Source: Nitrospinaceae bacterium (GTDB lineage: Bacteria; Nitrospinota; Nitrospinia; Nitrospinales; VA-1). Taken from it: DNA of 39,359 bases. The position numbers and the translations under genes are program-made. The number at the start of each line of letters is the position of its first letter. The stretch's first letter is position 1. A model generated the notes under the pieces. The model saw only the letters and a list, made by a program, of their open reading frames with translations. It was not told the origin of the DNA and made no database searches. Below are positions 37,894 through 39,359 of this stretch, one piece after another. The stretch covers positions 1-39,359 of the forward strand of contig JBHHVU010000027.1 of NCBI GenBank assembly GCA_046754465.1. Direction: 5' to 3'.

Positions 37894-38775
37894 ATGCTCA
37901 AAAGTATGACCGGCTTTGGCCGGTCCGAAAACCAAAAACGGGACCTCATTTGCAAGGCAGAGATTCGGTCGGTCAACAACCGGTTTTTCGATTTCAATCC
38001 TCGCTTTTCCAAAAGCCTCCTGTCCCTGGAACCCGCGCTCCGCAATCTGGTCAAATCCCGATGCGCCCGGGGATCATTTGACCTCACCATCAACCTGGAA
38101 TCCTGCAACGGCAACGGACGGGACCAAATCATCCAACCCAATCTCCCCCTCGCCACCCAATACATTGAGGCGTTCCATCAGATAAAAAAACACCTGCGAC
38201 TGAACGGGGAAATCGATATCAATTCCATTTTGAGTCTGAAGGATATCCTCAAGGTCGAACCTTTAACCATGGATGAATCCAGCGAAGAATTGATTTTATC
38301 CACCGTGGAACTGGCGTTGGCCTCCCTTGTCAAAATGAGGGAAGCAGAAGGAAAAAATCTGGAAGAGGACATTATGCAACGGCTGGAAGCGATCCATGAG
38401 CGCGCGGAAATTATCAAATCCCGTCAGAGCGTCGTCATCCAGGAATATAAGGAACGGCTGCGGGAACGGGTCCGCATTCTCACCGAGGGGATGGAAATCG
38501 ACGACGTGCGGCTCGCGCAGGAAACAGCGATCCTTTCCGACCGCTGCGACGTCACCGAGGAAATCATCCGCCTGGAGAGCCACCTCAAGCAGTTCAAGAG
38601 CCTTATAGAAAGCCAGGAACCCCTGGGCAGAAAACTGGAGTTCATTACCCAGGAAATCAACCGGGAAACCAATACGATCGGATCGAAAACCATCGATCCC
38701 CAGGTGTCGCAATCGGTGATAGAAATCAAATGCGATCTGGAAAAAATTCGCGAACAACTTCAAAATATCGAATGA
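37894..38775 (+). CDS. yicC: YicC/YloC family endoribonuclease
   Basis: SMTGFGR, SVNNRF, DVTEEI.RL.SH, GRKLEFI.QEINRETNTIGSK, EKIREQLQNIE. Confidence 0.95.
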   Translation: MLKSMTGFGRSENQKRDLICKAEIRSVNNRFFDFNPRFSKSLLSLEPALRNLVKSRCARGSFDLTINLESCNGNGRDQIIQPNLPLATQYIEAFHQIKKHLRLNGEIDINSILSLKDILKVEPLTMDESSEELILSTVELALASLVKMREAEGKNLEEDIMQRLEAIHERAEIIKSRQSVVIQEYKERLRERVRILTEGMEIDDVRLAQETAILSDRCDVTEEIIRLESHLKQFKSLIESQEPLGRKLEFITQEINRETNTIGSKTIDPQVSQSVIEIKCDLEKIREQLQNIE

Positions 38776-38863
38776 CGGAGTCGGCGGAGGATGAACCCCA
38801 ACCCGCGGTTCCCGGCAATTTCCGGTTGGAAACCCTTTCCCTTCCCCTTCAAAGATTTTGCCC

Positions 38864-39359
38864 ATGAAAAAAGAGGGAATCGCCTTCATACTTTCGGCCC
38901 CTTCAGGGACTGGCAAAACCACGGTATGCAAAATGCTCTTAAATCGAATGCCGGATCTGCAATTTTCCATTTCCCACACCACCCGTCCCCCGCGGGACGC
39001 GGAAAAAAACGGCCGAGATTACTATTTCGTCTCCCACCAGGATTTCCAAAAAAAAATCCAACGCGGTGAATTCATCGAGTGGGCCAGAATCTGTAATGAC
39101 TACTATGGCACCGCCCTGGATTCCATCCGCAAGGGCCTGGAAAACGGAGGGGATCTGCTGCTGGAATTGGATGTCCAGGGCGCGGCAACCCTGAGGAAAA
39201 ATGAATTCCCCGGCGTCTATATTTTCATCCTTCCCCCTTCCCTCCATGAATTGGAAACCCGATTGAAAAAACGGGCCACGGAATCGGAGGAAAAAATAAG
39301 GCAGCGGCTGGAAAAGGGAAAAGAAGAAATTAAAATGCACGGGTTGTACGACTATATCA
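38864..39359 (+). CDS. gmk: Guanylate kinase (partial, runs off the window end; not in the ORF track)
   Basis: Manual translation from ATG 38864: MKKEGIAFILSAPSGTGKTT...SISHTTRPPR..EKNGRDYYFV...YYGT...LELDVQGA...IFILPPS. Confidence 0.95.
   Translation, partial: MKKEGIAFILSAPSGTGKTTVCKMLLNRMPDLQFSISHTTRPPRDAEKNGRDYYFVSHQDFQKKIQRGEFIEWARICNDYYGTALDSIRKGLENGGDLLLELDVQGAATLRKNEFPGVYIFILPPSLHELETRLKKRATESEEKIRQRLEKGKEEIKMHGLYDYI

Noticed and set aside
38776..38863. Absence of remA/DUF370 between yicC and gmk
   Set aside because: Direct yicC-gmk adjacency is common; not unusual.
1..39359. CRISPR arrays, tRNA/rRNA genes, transposases, prophage or defence genes
   Set aside because: No repeat-spacer periodicity, cloverleaf signatures or relevant protein motifs were seen by eye.

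Overview
Bacterial chromosomal window of about 33 genes, mostly housekeeping or accessory. The gene set (Usp-PCP_red fusion, Sir-TusA fusion, fused MFS/spermidine synthase-TPR, SUMF1-fold protein, SpoVG, DUF1566) resembles Nitrospinota/Nitrospirota-like lineages; this taxonomy is inference only. The left edge is the 5' end of a class C group II intron on the minus strand, placed directly after the fliE terminator. Next come fliE and flgB with no flgC, a sigma-54 promoter with palindromic upstream sites, and a divergent multi-GAF sigma-54 activator. Then: spoVG, ahcY, a msbA-oleA-oleB-LRR operon lacking oleC/oleD, a Usp/PCP_red/rubredoxin-like fusion, class II aldolase, YyaL-like protein, mlaA, a TPR/spermidine synthase/FGE-fold cluster, hisN-like, DUF2203, two unknown exported proteins, an intergenic region with two sRNA candidates, DUF1566, half-size TauE, DAACS symporter, gltA, clpS, DUF3108-like, PLAT-like, Nfu, yraN, ICMT-family, sulfite/nitrite reductase-TusA, yicC and a partial gmk. 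No CRISPR array, tRNA or rRNA was seen. All family calls come from reading motifs by eye, not from database searches.
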